Source: Isurus oxyrinchus
Taxonomy: Eukaryota
DNA: 64,000 bases
Direction of reading: 5' to 3'
Assembly (NCBI GenBank): GCA_026770705.1
Contig: JANJGN010000189.1
Coordinates: 248,001-312,000, forward strand
Positions 1 to 11,744 of this stretch are shown piece by piece. The notes below the pieces were generated by a model. It had not been told where the DNA came from. It searched no databases and saw only the letters and a program-made list of their open reading frames with translations. Position numbers and translations under genes: made by a program. Numbering within the stretch: position 1 is the stretch's first letter; the number at the start of each line of letters is the position of its first letter.

Positions 1-204
1 TTCTCCTTGTCGAGGTTAAGCTAAGAGATGTCCCTCTGGGTGAGGTGTTTCTTGCACATGACTCTACGTCTACCACCCAGATAGACTGGTCACTTCCGCA
101 GTTTGATATTATTATGTTCGTGCCTTTAATATTGTCGCCCTCTATGAATTTAACATCATTTCCTTCTGTCGTTTCCCCTGAAATTCTCATTCTTGTTTTC
201 AATC

Positions 205-1000
205 CCTCCTCAGCCACTCCCTATCTCTGTAACCTCCACCAGGCCTTACAACCCTCCCTATCTCTGTAACCTCCTCCAGCCCCTACACCCCTCCCTATCT
301 CTGTAACCTCCTCCAGCCGCTACAACCCTCCCTATATCTGTAACCTCCTCCAGCCCTTACAACCCTCCCTATCTCTGTAACTTCCTCCAGCCCCTACAAC
401 TGTCCCTATCTCTGTTACCTCCTCCAGCCCCTACAACACTCCCTATCTCTGTAACCTCCTCCAGCCCCTACAACCCTACCTATCTCTGTAACCTCCCCCA
501 GGCCCCACAACCCTCATGATCACTGTAACCTCCTCTAGACCCTACAACCCTCCCTATCTCTGTAACCTCCTCCAGACCCTACAACCCTCCCTATCTCTGT
601 AACCTCCTCCAGGCCCCACGACCCTCAGAATCACTGTCACCTCCTCCAGCCCCTACAATGCTCATGAACTCTATAACCTCCTCTCCACACTATAACTCTC
701 CCTATCTCTGTAACCTACTGTGGCCCCTACAACAGTATCTATTTTGGTAACCTCCTCCAGCCTCTACAACCCTCCCTACCTCTGTAACCTCCTCCAGCCC
801 CCACAACCCCCCCATCTCTTTAACCTCCTACAGCCCCTACTCACCTCCCTATCTCTGTAACCTCCTACAGCCCCTACAACCTTCCCTATCTCTGTAACCT
901 CCTACAGCCTCTAGAACCCTCCCTATCTCTGTTACCTCCTACAGCCTCTACAACCCTCCCTATCTCTGTAACCTCCTCAAGCCGGAACAACCCTCCCTAA
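205..1000. repeat. Minisatellite of ~35-bp units (CCTCCCTATCTCTGTAACCTCCTCCAGCCCCTACAAC-like)
   Basis: More than 20 degenerate copies. The same family occurs at 40665-40965 and, reverse-complemented, at ~16500-16790 and ~51985-52980. Confidence 0.9.
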
Positions 1001-1059
1001 ATCTCTGGTCTGAGTCTCACTCCAGGGAATTCAGTCCCATAACGTCGGTCAACACTCCG

Positions 1060-1710
1060 TGCTGAGGGAGTGCTGCACTGTCAGAGGGTCAGTAGTGTGG
1101 AAGTGTTGCACTATTGGAGGGACAGTACTGAGTGAGTGCTATACTGTCAGAGGTCAGTACTGAGGAAGTGCTGCATTGTTACAGGGTCAGTACTGTGGAA
1201 GTGTTGCACTATTGGAGGGACAGTACTGAGGGAGTGCTATACTGTCGGAGGTCAGTACTGAGGGAGTGCTGCTGTGTCGAAGGGTTAGTACTGAAATAGA
1301 GCTGCACTGACGGAGGGACAGTACTGAGGGAGCGCAGCACTATCGAAGGGTTAATACTAAGGGAGTGCTGCAGTGTCAAAGGGTTAGTACTGAGGGAGCG
1401 CAACAATGTTGAATGAGACATTAAACTGAGTCCCCCGTCTGCTCTCTCGGGCAGGTGTGAAAGATCCCACAGCCACTATTTGGAGGAAGAGCAGGGGGTG
1501 TTCTCCCCGGTGTCCTGGGACCAATATTTATCCCTCAACCAACATCACCAAAAACAGATGATCTAGGCCATGATCACATTGCTATTTGTGGGATCTTGCT
1601 GTGCACAAATCAGCTGCCACATTTCCTACAGTGTGAGTGCACTTCAAAAACATCCTTCAGTGGCTGTGAAATGCTTTGGGATGTGGTGAAAGGCGTTAGA
1701 GAAATGCAAG
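1060..1710 (+). mobile_element. SINE with amplified 33-bp unit (GAGGGAGTGCTGCACTGTCGGAGGGTCAGTACT)
   Basis: Tandem 33-mers followed by a SINE body (ccaatatttatccctcaaccaacatcac...gtgggatcttgctgtgcacaaat) that recurs through the window. Confidence 0.75.
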
Positions 1711-1812
1711 TCTGTCCTCCTCCCCCTCTCTCTCCTGTACCTCTCTCTCTCTCTCTCCCTCTCCCTCAATCCTCCTCTCACTTTCTCCCTGATAAATTCT
1801 TTCTTTTTGCAG

Positions 1813-1869
1813 GTTGACACTGCTTTAGGTTCTTCGACGATTGAGAAATCTGTGGATTCCCCGGACACG
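1813..1869 (+). CDS. hamp: Hepcidin exon 2 (prodomain, VDTALGSSTIEKSVDSPDT); exon 1 presumed upstream of the window
   Basis: Acceptor ttctttttgcAG, donor ACG|GTAGGT. 57 nt, phase 0/0, joins in frame to 4274. Size and acidic/Ser-Thr content fit the short HAMP exon 2. Confidence 0.7.
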
Positions 1870-3459
1870 GTAGGTGGAAATTCATTCCTTATTTTAAGGT
1901 TTCTCCCTGCTCGTTTCTTCCACAGAAAGTTTTCTGATTTCAAGCTGATTTCAGTGGCAGTCTGTCTCGGTTATACTCAGGAGGCATGTTTGAAATCGAG
2001 CCCCCCCCCCCCCCGCCCAACTTTTTTGCAAAGCTGGGAAGAGGCAATTCCAAGGAAGTGAACATATCCCCACAGGAATTTTAAATGTAACCCACGCCGG
2101 GAATAGTGAGAGGGAGACTGATCCAGCCTGGGAGTGGGTTAAAGAGAGGCTGGGAGTCGAGAGTCGGAGAGAGGGATGGAATGGGGGAGGGAGGGATTGG
2201 AAGAGAGAGACAGAGAGTGGGACGGGGAGGGGTGAAAGGGAAAGAACATAGGTGGGAGAGAGTGACAGAGGGAGAAATTAAAGAAGAGATGCAGAGTGAG
2301 GGAAAGTGAAAAGGGAAGAGAGATTGTCCAAGAGAGAGAAATTAACAGGAAAGGGAGAGTTACAGAGTGAGCGAAAGGTACAAAAATAGTGTGAGAGAGA
2401 GGGAGAGATACAGAGTGGGAGAAGGAGACAGGGGAGAGAGAGAGGGAGAGAGACTGGAAAAGGGAGAGAGGAGAGAAAGATTGGGAGAGAGGGCAATTGA
2501 GCGGAAGAGTAGGAGAGAGAGAGACAGGGAGAGGAGGAGTGGATGAGAGGAAGAGAGAGAGAGATATGGAGCAGGAGAACACCTCCTCCGGTCCCGATGT
2601 TCCTCCAAAATCTCTGAAATTCCTGCATCTCCCGGGTCCCCCTGATTCCCATCGCTCCACCATTGGTGGCCGTGCCTTCAGCTGCCTGGGGCCCTGAGCT
2701 CCGGAATACCCTCCCTTAACCTCTCTGCCTCTCTCTCTCTCTCCTTTAAGATGCTCCTTAAAAACTGACATCTTTGACCAAGCTTTTGGTCACCTATCCC
2801 TAATATCTCCATATGTGACTCAGTGTTAGACTTCTCTCTGATTTACGCTCCGGTAATGTGGGCTGGGACATTTTGCAATGTCAGAGGCGCTGTGTAAATG
2901 CAAGTTGTGAGTGTTATGTGGAAGGGAGACCCCAGGCGGCAGTCAGTGCCAGAGACTGGAGTCATTGTGCGCAGACCGTATCTAATCTCTCCGAATGCAC
3001 AATTGGTTTGACTGTCAGCCAAAGCACTTTTGATATTTGATCCTTCTAACTGTTTATAACCAGGCCTACATCATACACCGAGAGGCTGGTTAATCAACAG
3101 ACACCTTAGAGGATCGAGTGAAAGACAAAGAGGACTTGCATTTCTCTATAAAAACAAAGAAAACTGCGGATGCTGGAAATCCAAAACAAAAACAGAATTA
3201 CCTGAAAAAACTCAGCAGGTCTGGCAGCATCGGCGGAGAAGAAAAGAGTTGACGTTTCGAGTCCTGAGAAGGGTCATGAGGACTCGAAACGTCAACTCTT
3301 GCATTTCTCTAGCGCCTTCCAACACATCAGGACGTCCCAAACTGTTTTGCAGACAATCAAGTGCTTTCTTTCTTTCATGTGAGGTCACTGATGTACTGTG
3401 GGAAAAGAATCAGCCATTGGCGCACAGTAAGATCCCACAGACAGCAGCATGATAATGAC

Positions 3460-4185
3460 CAGCGCGCTCCCAGTACTTGCACTGCAAGTGTCAGTTCAGG
3501 GTGTCTGCTCGATTCTCTGCAACTCTCAGCTCTGAGTTAAAAGGACCACCAGGCGTAATTGAGAAATTACCGAGCTGTCGGAGGGTCAGTACCGGCGGGG
3601 GGGGCAGGACAGTCGGAGGGTCAGTACTGAGGGGGTGCTGCATTGTCAGATGGTCAGTCTTGGAGTGCTGCACTGTCAGAGGGTCAGTACCGGCGGGGGA
3701 CTGCACAGTCGGAGGGTCAGTACTGAGGGGGTGCTGCATTGTCAGACGGTCAGTACTGAGGGAGTGCTGCACAGTCGGAGGGTCAGTATTGAGGGGGTGC
3801 TGCACTGTTGAAGGCGCTGTCTTTCAGATGAGATGTTAAACTGAGACAACATCTGCCCTCTCAGATGGATGTAGAGGATTCCATGGCCACAATTTAAATG
3901 AAGTGCGTCAGGAGTTGGGGGTATGTGTGGAGGGGGTGGTGGGGGCTGGATGGGATGCAGTTATGTCTGCTTTCCTGGGGCAAACATTTATCCCTCAACT
4001 GACATTGGTAAAAAACTGAAAATCGGGGCCATTATCACATTTCTGTTTGTGGGATCTTGCTGTGCGTGAATTGCCTGCTGCGTTTCCTACATTACAGCGG
4101 TGAGCTCACTTCAGAAAAAGTCCTTCCTTCAGCTGTGGAACACTTTGGGCCATCCTGAGGAGGGGAAAGGCGCTATAGAAATGCG
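3460..4185 (+). mobile_element. SINE of the same family with 33-bp array, in hepcidin intron 2
   Basis: Same 33-mer and same body as 1060-1710. Confidence 0.7.
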
Positions 4186-4273
4186 CCATCCTCCTTCCAA
4201 TGACGCGCTTGATTGAAATGATGCCTTCTTTCTTTCCGGAATGTTCTCACCTATTGTGCTCCTGCTTTTCCAG

Positions 4274-4390
4274 GGCTCCTTGCTGCAGCGCCAGAAGAGA
4301 ATGGGCAGACAGCAGCTCTGCAGATTCTGCTGTAACTGCTGTAATTGGAGAGAACCAAATGAGACTTGTGGTCTCTGCTGTAGATATTAG
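4274..4390 (+). CDS. hamp: Hepcidin exon 3: GSLLQRQKR|MGRQQLCRFCCNCCNWREPNETCGLCCRY*
   Basis: Acceptor cctgcttttccAG. Furin site RQKR, then the 8-Cys pattern C-x2-CC-x-CC-xn-CG-x-CC diagnostic of hepcidin. TAG at 4388-4390. Translated by hand. Confidence 0.93.
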   Translation, partial: GSLLQRQKRMGRQQLCRFCCNCCNWREPNETCGLCCRY

Positions 4391-4689
4391 ACCCTGGCCT
4401 CATTCACGCAAGGTCATCCTGCACCATGCCACAGCCTCTCCCCTCCTTATCTACTGCTTAGTAATCTACTTAACACAGGCCCTGTTCATTAATTCCAACT
4501 GAAACTTTACCTGCGTTTTACAGCAGGGAAAGAAGCCATTCGGCCCATCTGTTCCATGCTGGAGTTTCTGCTCCACACGAGTCTCCGCCCACCCCTTCTC
4601 CATCTCACCCCATCACCATATCCTTCTATTCATTTCTCCCTCGTGTGTTTATCCAGCTTCCCCTTAAATACATCGACACTATTCACCTC

Positions 4690-5032
4690 ACGTGACTGTG
4701 TTTGTGTCTGTCTTTATGAGCGTGTGTGTGTGACTGTCAATATGTGTGTGTCAATGTGAATGTGTGTGATTGTGTCAGCGTGTGTGTGTGTATGTGTGAC
4801 TGTCAGTGCGTGTCAATGTGAATGTGTGTGATTGTGTCAGCGTGTGTCTGTGTGTGTGTGTGTGTGTGTTTGTGTGTGTGACTGTGTCAGTGTGTGTCAA
4901 TGTGAATGAGTGAGTGTGTCAGTGTGTCTGTGTGGGTGTGTGTGACTGTGTCAGTGTGTGTCAATGTGAATGAGTGAGTGTGTCAGTGTGTCTGTGTGGG
5001 TGTGGGTGTGTGAGTGTGCAAGTGAATGTGTG
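4690..5032. repeat. (TG)n-rich simple repeat
   Basis: Directly visible. Confidence 0.9.
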
Positions 5033-5229
5033 AGGAATCTTATGACTAAGTCATTTGAATGGATGTTACTGGGGTTAATGATAGTTAAAATTCAGAGAGA
5101 TGTAAAGCGGGCTCCTGATTTTGCTGCTTTATGCTCCCGGGCACAGATTCACCCCGACAATGTGTTCATGATTCACCATTATCTTGTCGGGACTTTAATT
5201 GTAAAGATTATGATTTGTGAAAAAAAATG

Positions 5230-5235
5230 AATAAA
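5230..5235 (+). terminator. Candidate poly(A) signal for hepcidin
   Basis: AATAAA about 840 nt after the stop, followed by a T/GT-rich stretch. Confidence 0.35.
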
Positions 5236-6869
5236 CAACTTTTGTCTTCACAAAGTGTCTGACTTGGTATTTCAGGCTACTTGTCTCTCCCTCACCCTCC
5301 CCCCCCCACCATGCCCCCCACACCAGGGAACAATTGTCCCCCGTTCCTCTGAAGTTCTGGGTAAAGATCAGCTTTGTTCAATGCAAGCTGTTCCGACATC
5401 GAGAACGTTGTTACAAATATCTCACAAAGGGCACACGCCATGATAGCCCACTTTCAACAGATTTTACCAGTTGACCAGGTTGAAAACCTTTTCATAAACC
5501 ACAACGTAGGTGTTCAATTCTTGCTGCTGTTTGCTTAATGTTCTCATAACTGCTATAACCTCTCTAGTTCCACTACATAACAACACCAACATAAATAAAC
5601 AGAAGCAGGAGTAGGCCTTTTGGCCCCCCAAGCCTGCTTGTCCATTCAATTTGAACCTGGCTCCTGCTGAAAGTTATTTAAGTTGAAGCGATAAAGCCAT
5701 CAGGTGCAGGGATTAAAATGTAAGCAAAGGAAAAATAATACTTAGACATGAGATTTAAAATCAGTTTCTGTGAAGAATCATACTGAGGCCATTGCTCTGG
5801 ATTCCTTCTTTCCAGAGTGAAGGGTTTAAAACTAGGAGTCACATTCAGCAGCTGCGTTGTCTTCTCTAGTTGACTATTTGGAGGTTGCCTGTAGATGTGA
5901 ATCAGCAGGACAGCAGCTTTGGGGAGTGAGTGAAGGTCCCTTTTATTTACAGGATCTGCCACAGGGTGTGCAGGAATATTTCTGCTGAATTCTCCATCCT
6001 TGCATTCATGAAGGGTTTGAAACTGGAAGTCATATTCAGCAGCTGCAATGGCCTCTGTAGCCAACTGTCTGGAGGTTGCCTGTACAGGTGGACTCAGCAG
6101 GTCAACAGCTTTATAGGGCGGGGGACACGGGTAGTGAAGGTCCCTTTTCTTTAAAGGCTCTGCCAGTGCAACACTTGATGATCCTGGGTCAAAATCATGT
6201 ATCACCCTCCCCAACAGCACTGTGGGTGAGACCTATGGAGGTTCCTTGGCTTCGACGAGCAGCCTACCAGCTCTGCTCTCAATTCCTCTTCACACTTGCT
6301 TCCTTCCTCCTCTGGTCTTTACTTTGTTATAGTGTTAGTGTCCGCTCTGCCTTTTTTGTAGCTTTCCCAATTCTTCCCACCAACTCTCTCTGGCTTGATC
6401 CTTCTCTGTGCTCATCTCATTGGTTTGGGTTTCTATCCGTTCATTGACCTGGTGTAATCTGAAACTGGTGCAATCAGGTAGGGGTGGGGTGGTTGGCGCT
6501 GGCCGTGGGTGGTGATACACGTTACCTTTTTACCAAAATTCTTTCACGGGATGTGGACAGCATTTGTTACCTGTTTCTGACTGACCCCTTGAGAAGGGGG
6601 TGCTGAGCTGCCTTTTCGAAGTGCTGCAGTTCACCTGGTTTGACTGGTCTGTGGCGGGTTTTGATATAACTCAGTGGCTTGCTCAGCCATTTCAGGGGCC
6701 AGTTAAGAGTCAACCACATTGCTGTGGGTCAGGAGTCACACGTAGGCCAGAATGGGTAAGGACGGCAGGTTTCCTTCCCCAAAGGGCATTAGTGACCCAG
6801 ATGGGTTTTTGCAACAATTGGCCTTAGTTTCATGGTCACCATTACTGAGACTAGCTTCGCATTCCAGAT

Positions 6870-9075
6870 GTCACATCCAGTCGTGGACAATTAAACAACT
6901 CACTGGAGGAGGAGGCTCCACAAATATCCCCATCCTCAATGATGGAGGAGCCCAGCACATCGGTGCAAAAGACAAAACTGAAGCATGCGCAACAATCTTC
7001 AGCCAGAAGTGCTGAGTGGGTGATCCATCTCGGCCTCCTCCGGAGGTCCCCAGCATCAGAGATGCCAATCTTTAGCCAATTCGATTAATTCCACGTGACA
7101 TCAAGAAAGGGCTGAAGGCACTGGATATTGCAAAGTCTCCAGGCCCTGACAATATTCTGGCAATAGTACTGAAGACTTGTGCTCCAGAACTTGCTGCGCC
7201 CCTAGCCAAGCTTTTCTGGAATTTTCTAGTACAGCTGCAACACTGGCAACTACCTGGCTATGGGGTACGTCCTGTACACAAAAAGCAGGACAAATCCAAC
7301 CCAGCCAATTCCCCAGCAGTCTATTCTTGATCATTACTAAAGTGATGGAAGGGGTCATCAACAGCGCTTGCAAGCAGCACCTGCTTACCAAGAACCTGCT
7401 CACTGACGCTCAGTTTGTGTTCCACCAGGATCATTCAGCTCCTGGCCTCATTACAGCCTTGGTTCAAACATGCACAAATGAGCTGAACTCCAGAGGTGAG
7501 AGGGACTGCCCTTGACATCAAGGCAGCATTTGACTGAGTGTGGCAAATCAAGGAGCCCGAGCAAAACTGGAGTCAATGGGAATCGGGTGAAAACTCCCCG
7601 CTGCTTGGAGTCATACCCAGCACAAAGGACGATGGTTGTGATTATTGGGGGTCAATCATCTCAGTTCCAGGACATCACTGCAGGAGTTACTCAGGGTAGT
7701 GTCCTAGGCTCAAACATCTTCAACTGCTTCATCAATGACCTTCCTTCCATCATAAGGTCAGAAGTGGGGATGTTTGCTGATGTTTGCACAATGTTCAGCA
7801 CCATTCACGGCTCCTCAGATACTGAAGCAAGTTATGTCCAAATGCAGCAAGACCTGGACAACATCCAGGCTTGGGCTGACAGGTGACAAGTAACATTCAT
7901 GCCACACAAGTACCAGGCAATGACCAGCTCCAACAAGAGAGAATCTCATTGAAGGTGCAGAAAATTTGGATTTATGTTCAAGAGCCAGCCAGGACCAGCA
8001 GCTAGGGCGCCAAAGCGTACACATCCTTACGTGAAAACTTAAAAACCTGTACAAAGGGCTCAGTTGGAAATTTGCAATGAGGAAATGGGAGACACACACA
8101 CAAGGACACAGGGTGACTCAATCAAGAAATGGGGAAGGTTATTTCACACCGTCCGATGGCCTTGAACCACATCCAGTCAGCCTCCGGAAACCTTTTGTAT
8201 TGAACAAACATAGATTCTTTGCTGTCTCAAAAGGACAATAGCCAGTCTCTGCCCTGTAATTACTGTACAAGAACACAATTATCAGCCCACCGGAGGGTCA
8301 TTGTGCTGTGGCCTTTGTCTAACTAATACCATTACCTTGTAACTGAGAGTAAAAATATATAAACTGTGCTCATTTGAACCTCGGTGGAGAAGCGCCTGGA
8401 CTGCCCAGCGTTTGCTCCCCACATGCGTAATAAAGGAACCACTTGAATATTGCATCTGGAGTCCGAGTGTTGAAATTTTGTACCAGAATATTCCACAGAC
8501 CATTCATAACCATCGCCCCTTGGCATTCAATGGCATTACCATCAATGAATCCCCCAATATCAACATCCTGGGAGTTACCATTGAGCAGAAACTGAACTGG
8601 ACCAGCCATATAAACACTGTGGCTGCAAGAGCAGGTCAGAGGCTGGGAACCCTGCAGACAGTAACTCACCTCCTGACTCCCCAAAGCCTGTCCACCATCT
8701 ACAACGCACAAGTCAGGAGTGTGATGGAATACTCTCCACATGCCTGGATGAGCACAGCTCCAACAACACTCAAGAAGCTTGACACCATCCAGGACAAAGC
8801 AGCCCGATTGATTGGCTCCCCTTCCACAGAGCTAGATAGATTCTTGATTAACAAGGGGGTGAAAGGTCTTTGGGGGTAGGCAGGAATGTGAGGTTGAGGT
8901 GACAATCAGATCAGCCATGATCTTACTGAATGGCGGAGCAGGTTCGAGGGACTGAGTGACCTACTCCTGATCCTAACTCAGATATCCAGATGTTCTCAAA
9001 GGCAATTGGGGATGGGCAACAAATACTGGCCTAGTCAGCGACACCAACATCCCTGAAATGAATAAGAAAAAAATG
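6870..9075 (+). mobile_element. Degraded non-LTR retrotransposon (CR1/L2-group RT), interrupted by a ~550-bp insertion (~7950-8506)
   Basis: RT motifs AGVTQGSVLG, FINDLP, MFAD, NILGVTIEQKLNW, YNAQVRSVMEY with frameshifts and stops. Confidence 0.85.
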
Positions 9076-10324
9076 TATCAATCAATTAAATTTATTGATT
9101 AATCGAATTGAAATTCCTCCAGCTGCCGTGGTGGGATTTGAACCCGTGCCTTCAAAGCATTCACCTGGGCCTCTGGATCACTGGCCTAGTGCCATTCCCA
9201 TTGTGCGACTGTCTGCTATCATCATGGCTCTTTCACATCGATGTGGAAGTCCTGATAACAGAAGCATTGGACGAGGTACAGAAAGGTGACAAATCAGGAG
9301 CTCCATTGCTCAATATGAACGGATAATAAAGATAAATGAACATAAACCTTCCAGTCGCTAATTAGGGAGTCACTGTGGAGCCCATGAGTCCCTCGCAGCG
9401 CTATTGCAACCTTCTGGATCCCCAGTAGGGGACTCGGGGTGCAGCTGTGTCTTCCTCATCATTTGGAAAAGCCGGAATTGTTCGGGTGCCCCTTCAAACA
9501 GGCCTACGAGTGCAGTGGGTGATGTCTCCCACAGGCCCTGGGAGACCTCGCCTGCCAATTTGTTTTGTAGCTTATTCTTCAACTGCGACATTGGATCAGC
9601 TTGAAAAAGGGTGAGGCTGAGGCAATACCACCAGGTAAGCGTCTATCCCCTCACACGTCACCCCCCGACCCCCGTAACCGTCACAGTCCCTCCCATCGTG
9701 CTGGAGGAGCATAATGTGCACATTCCCCTCCTTCCAATCAGTCTCCTCCCTTCCTCTCTAATCCTTGATCTTATTGTGTTTGGGGTTGACATCCCAGTCC
9801 TCCTCCCTAGACTGTCTGATGTTGACATCCCAATGCCCCATGTAGACCTGACCTCTCTCCAACTAGAGGCCCATTGTACTGTGACTTACAGAGACCACCG
9901 GCCCCCCTCGATTCCCACCCCCACCCCTACTCTCTATATTACCTGCTCCCCACTGACAGGCTGCAGATGCCTCCCCTGACTGGGATTGTGCCACCTGCGG
10001 CCTAGTATCAAGCCACCCACCCCCAGGATGGACGTGTGTGAGGGACTGACCACGTCACTCACACCATGCTGGGCACGACCAACCCAGGACTGCCAGGCTG
10101 TCCCCACCACACTGGACTGGGACTAGAATAGGCATGCCAAGCACAGCTCTCTAAATCGTGGCGCAGACCCACAGCACTCGCAATGTTTTGTGGCCCGAAT
10201 CCTTGCTGAGGAACTGCCCAGCACTAAAAGCAAAAAAACTGCAGATGCTGGAAATCCAAAACAGAAACAGAAACAGAAATACCTGGGAAAACTCAGCAGG
10301 TCTGGCAGCATCAGCGGAGAAGAG

Positions 10325-10870
10325 CTGAGGGAGTGCTGCACTGTTGGAGGCTCTGAACTGAGGGAGTGCTGCACTGTCGGAGGGTTTGAACTGAGGGAGA
10401 GCTGCACTGTCGGAGGGTTTGGACTGAGGGAGTGCTGCACTGTCGGATAGTTTGAACTGAGAGAGTGCTGCACTGTCGGAGGTTCTGAACTGAGGGAGTG
10501 CTGCACTGTCTGAGGGTTTGAACTGAGGGAGTGCTGCACAGTCGGAGGGTCTGAACTGAGGGAGTGCTGCACTGTCGGAGGGTTTGAACTGAGGGAGTGT
10601 TGCACTGTCAGAGGGTCTGAACTGAGGGAATGCTGCACTTTCGGAGGCTCTGAACTGAGGGAATGCTGCACTGTCGGTGGCTCTGAAATGAGGGAGTGCT
10701 GCACTGTCGGAGGGTTTGAACTGAGGGAGTGCTGCACTGTCGGAGGGTATGAACTGAGGGAGAGCTGCACTGTCGGAGGGTTTGAACTGAGGAAGTGCTG
10801 CACTGTCGGAGGGTCTGATCTGAGGGAGTGCTGCGCTGTTGGAGGGTTTGAACTGAGGGAGTGCTGTGCT
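10325..10870. repeat. 33-bp SINE-derived tandem array (~16 copies)
   Basis: Repeated ctgagggagtgctgcactgtcggagggtttgaa; source of the spurious repetitive ORFs. Confidence 0.9.
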
Positions 10871-11215
10871 GTCTAAAGAACATTGTACAAATTGCACAAA
10901 ATTGCATCTGATGCCTGTGTCTCATGCTAACATGAAGTTCATGCACACAACAGGAATATTTCTCGCTGTTTCTCTGCAGCAAGACAGCTTTGGTATCACA
11001 CCAGCCACTGGCAAGTGTGTGCAGTTACAATGTGACATGTTTACATTGGAAATTTCTATTATAAAGATGGACAGAGGAATTCATCTGATTGGAATACGTG
11101 ACAACAGGAAGTAATGTCTTTGAGCCAAGTATTTTGCAGCAAAACAAGAATTTTAATCTTTAAATATCTACAGAACAGGCTGAGCATTTTAATCACTTGA
11201 GTTAATCAATGTAAT

Positions 11216-11221
11216 TTTATT
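11216..11221 (-). terminator. Candidate poly(A) signal of gene C
   Basis: AATAAA on the minus strand ~385 nt after the stop at 11605. Confidence 0.45.
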
Positions 11222-11604
11222 CATAAGCCAAATGCTTCTTACAATCTATCGCAGCATGAAAAAGGTGCAGCATTCAGAAAGCTCATTCCAATCAGAGAAC
11301 AGAGTTTAGCGACGTCACATTTCTGTTCATTCCTATTCGATGAACAATTTCAAAAGGAAATTGGACGGAAATTGGAAATAAATTTGCAGGGATACGGGGA
11401 TAGAGCGGGGGATGGGACTGAGTGGATTGCTTTACAGAGAGACAGCATAGACTCAATGGGCCAAATGTCCTCCTCCATTGCTGGAATGACTCGATGATAC
11501 GGAGATGATTCTAACCAGGACACTGACCAGTTTCATTACAACTTAACACAACATCACACGTTATTTGTCCGCACTGACTGACCAGATTGTTGCTGTACAA
11601 AGCT

Positions 11605-11744
11605 TTAAACAGTCTGTCGATTTCCTTTCACTGTTTGTCTCTCCCAGACACAGACGCCAGCTATAGTGATAACCACAGCCACAAGGAATATCACAGCTCG
11701 TATTCCCAGGATCAGGATCACGTGCAGAATCTCTCCTCCACTGT
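11605..11744 (-). CDS. Gene C terminal TM exon: (D)SGGEILHVILILGIRAVIFLVAVVITIAGVCVWERQTVKGNRQTV*
   Basis: Acceptor ttctttctgtgtgttctctAG, phase 1. Hydrophobic helix with Arg (CGA, 11698-11700) and a 12-aa Tyr-free tail. The ORF track shows the wrong frame. Confidence 0.88.

Noticed and set aside
1-180. Open minus-strand frame, or hepcidin exon 1
   Set aside because: No signal-peptide exon found; the frame resembles a decayed CR1 endonuclease piece (SIWV)
10123-10982. Repetitive ORFs (PPTVQHSLSTD / RECCTVGGSVL) and CRISPR-like appearance, also near 24.3, 34.1, 37.3 and 60.7-62.1 kb
   Set aside because: 33-bp SINE-derived tandem units with no unique spacers, in eukaryotic DNA, open in several frames
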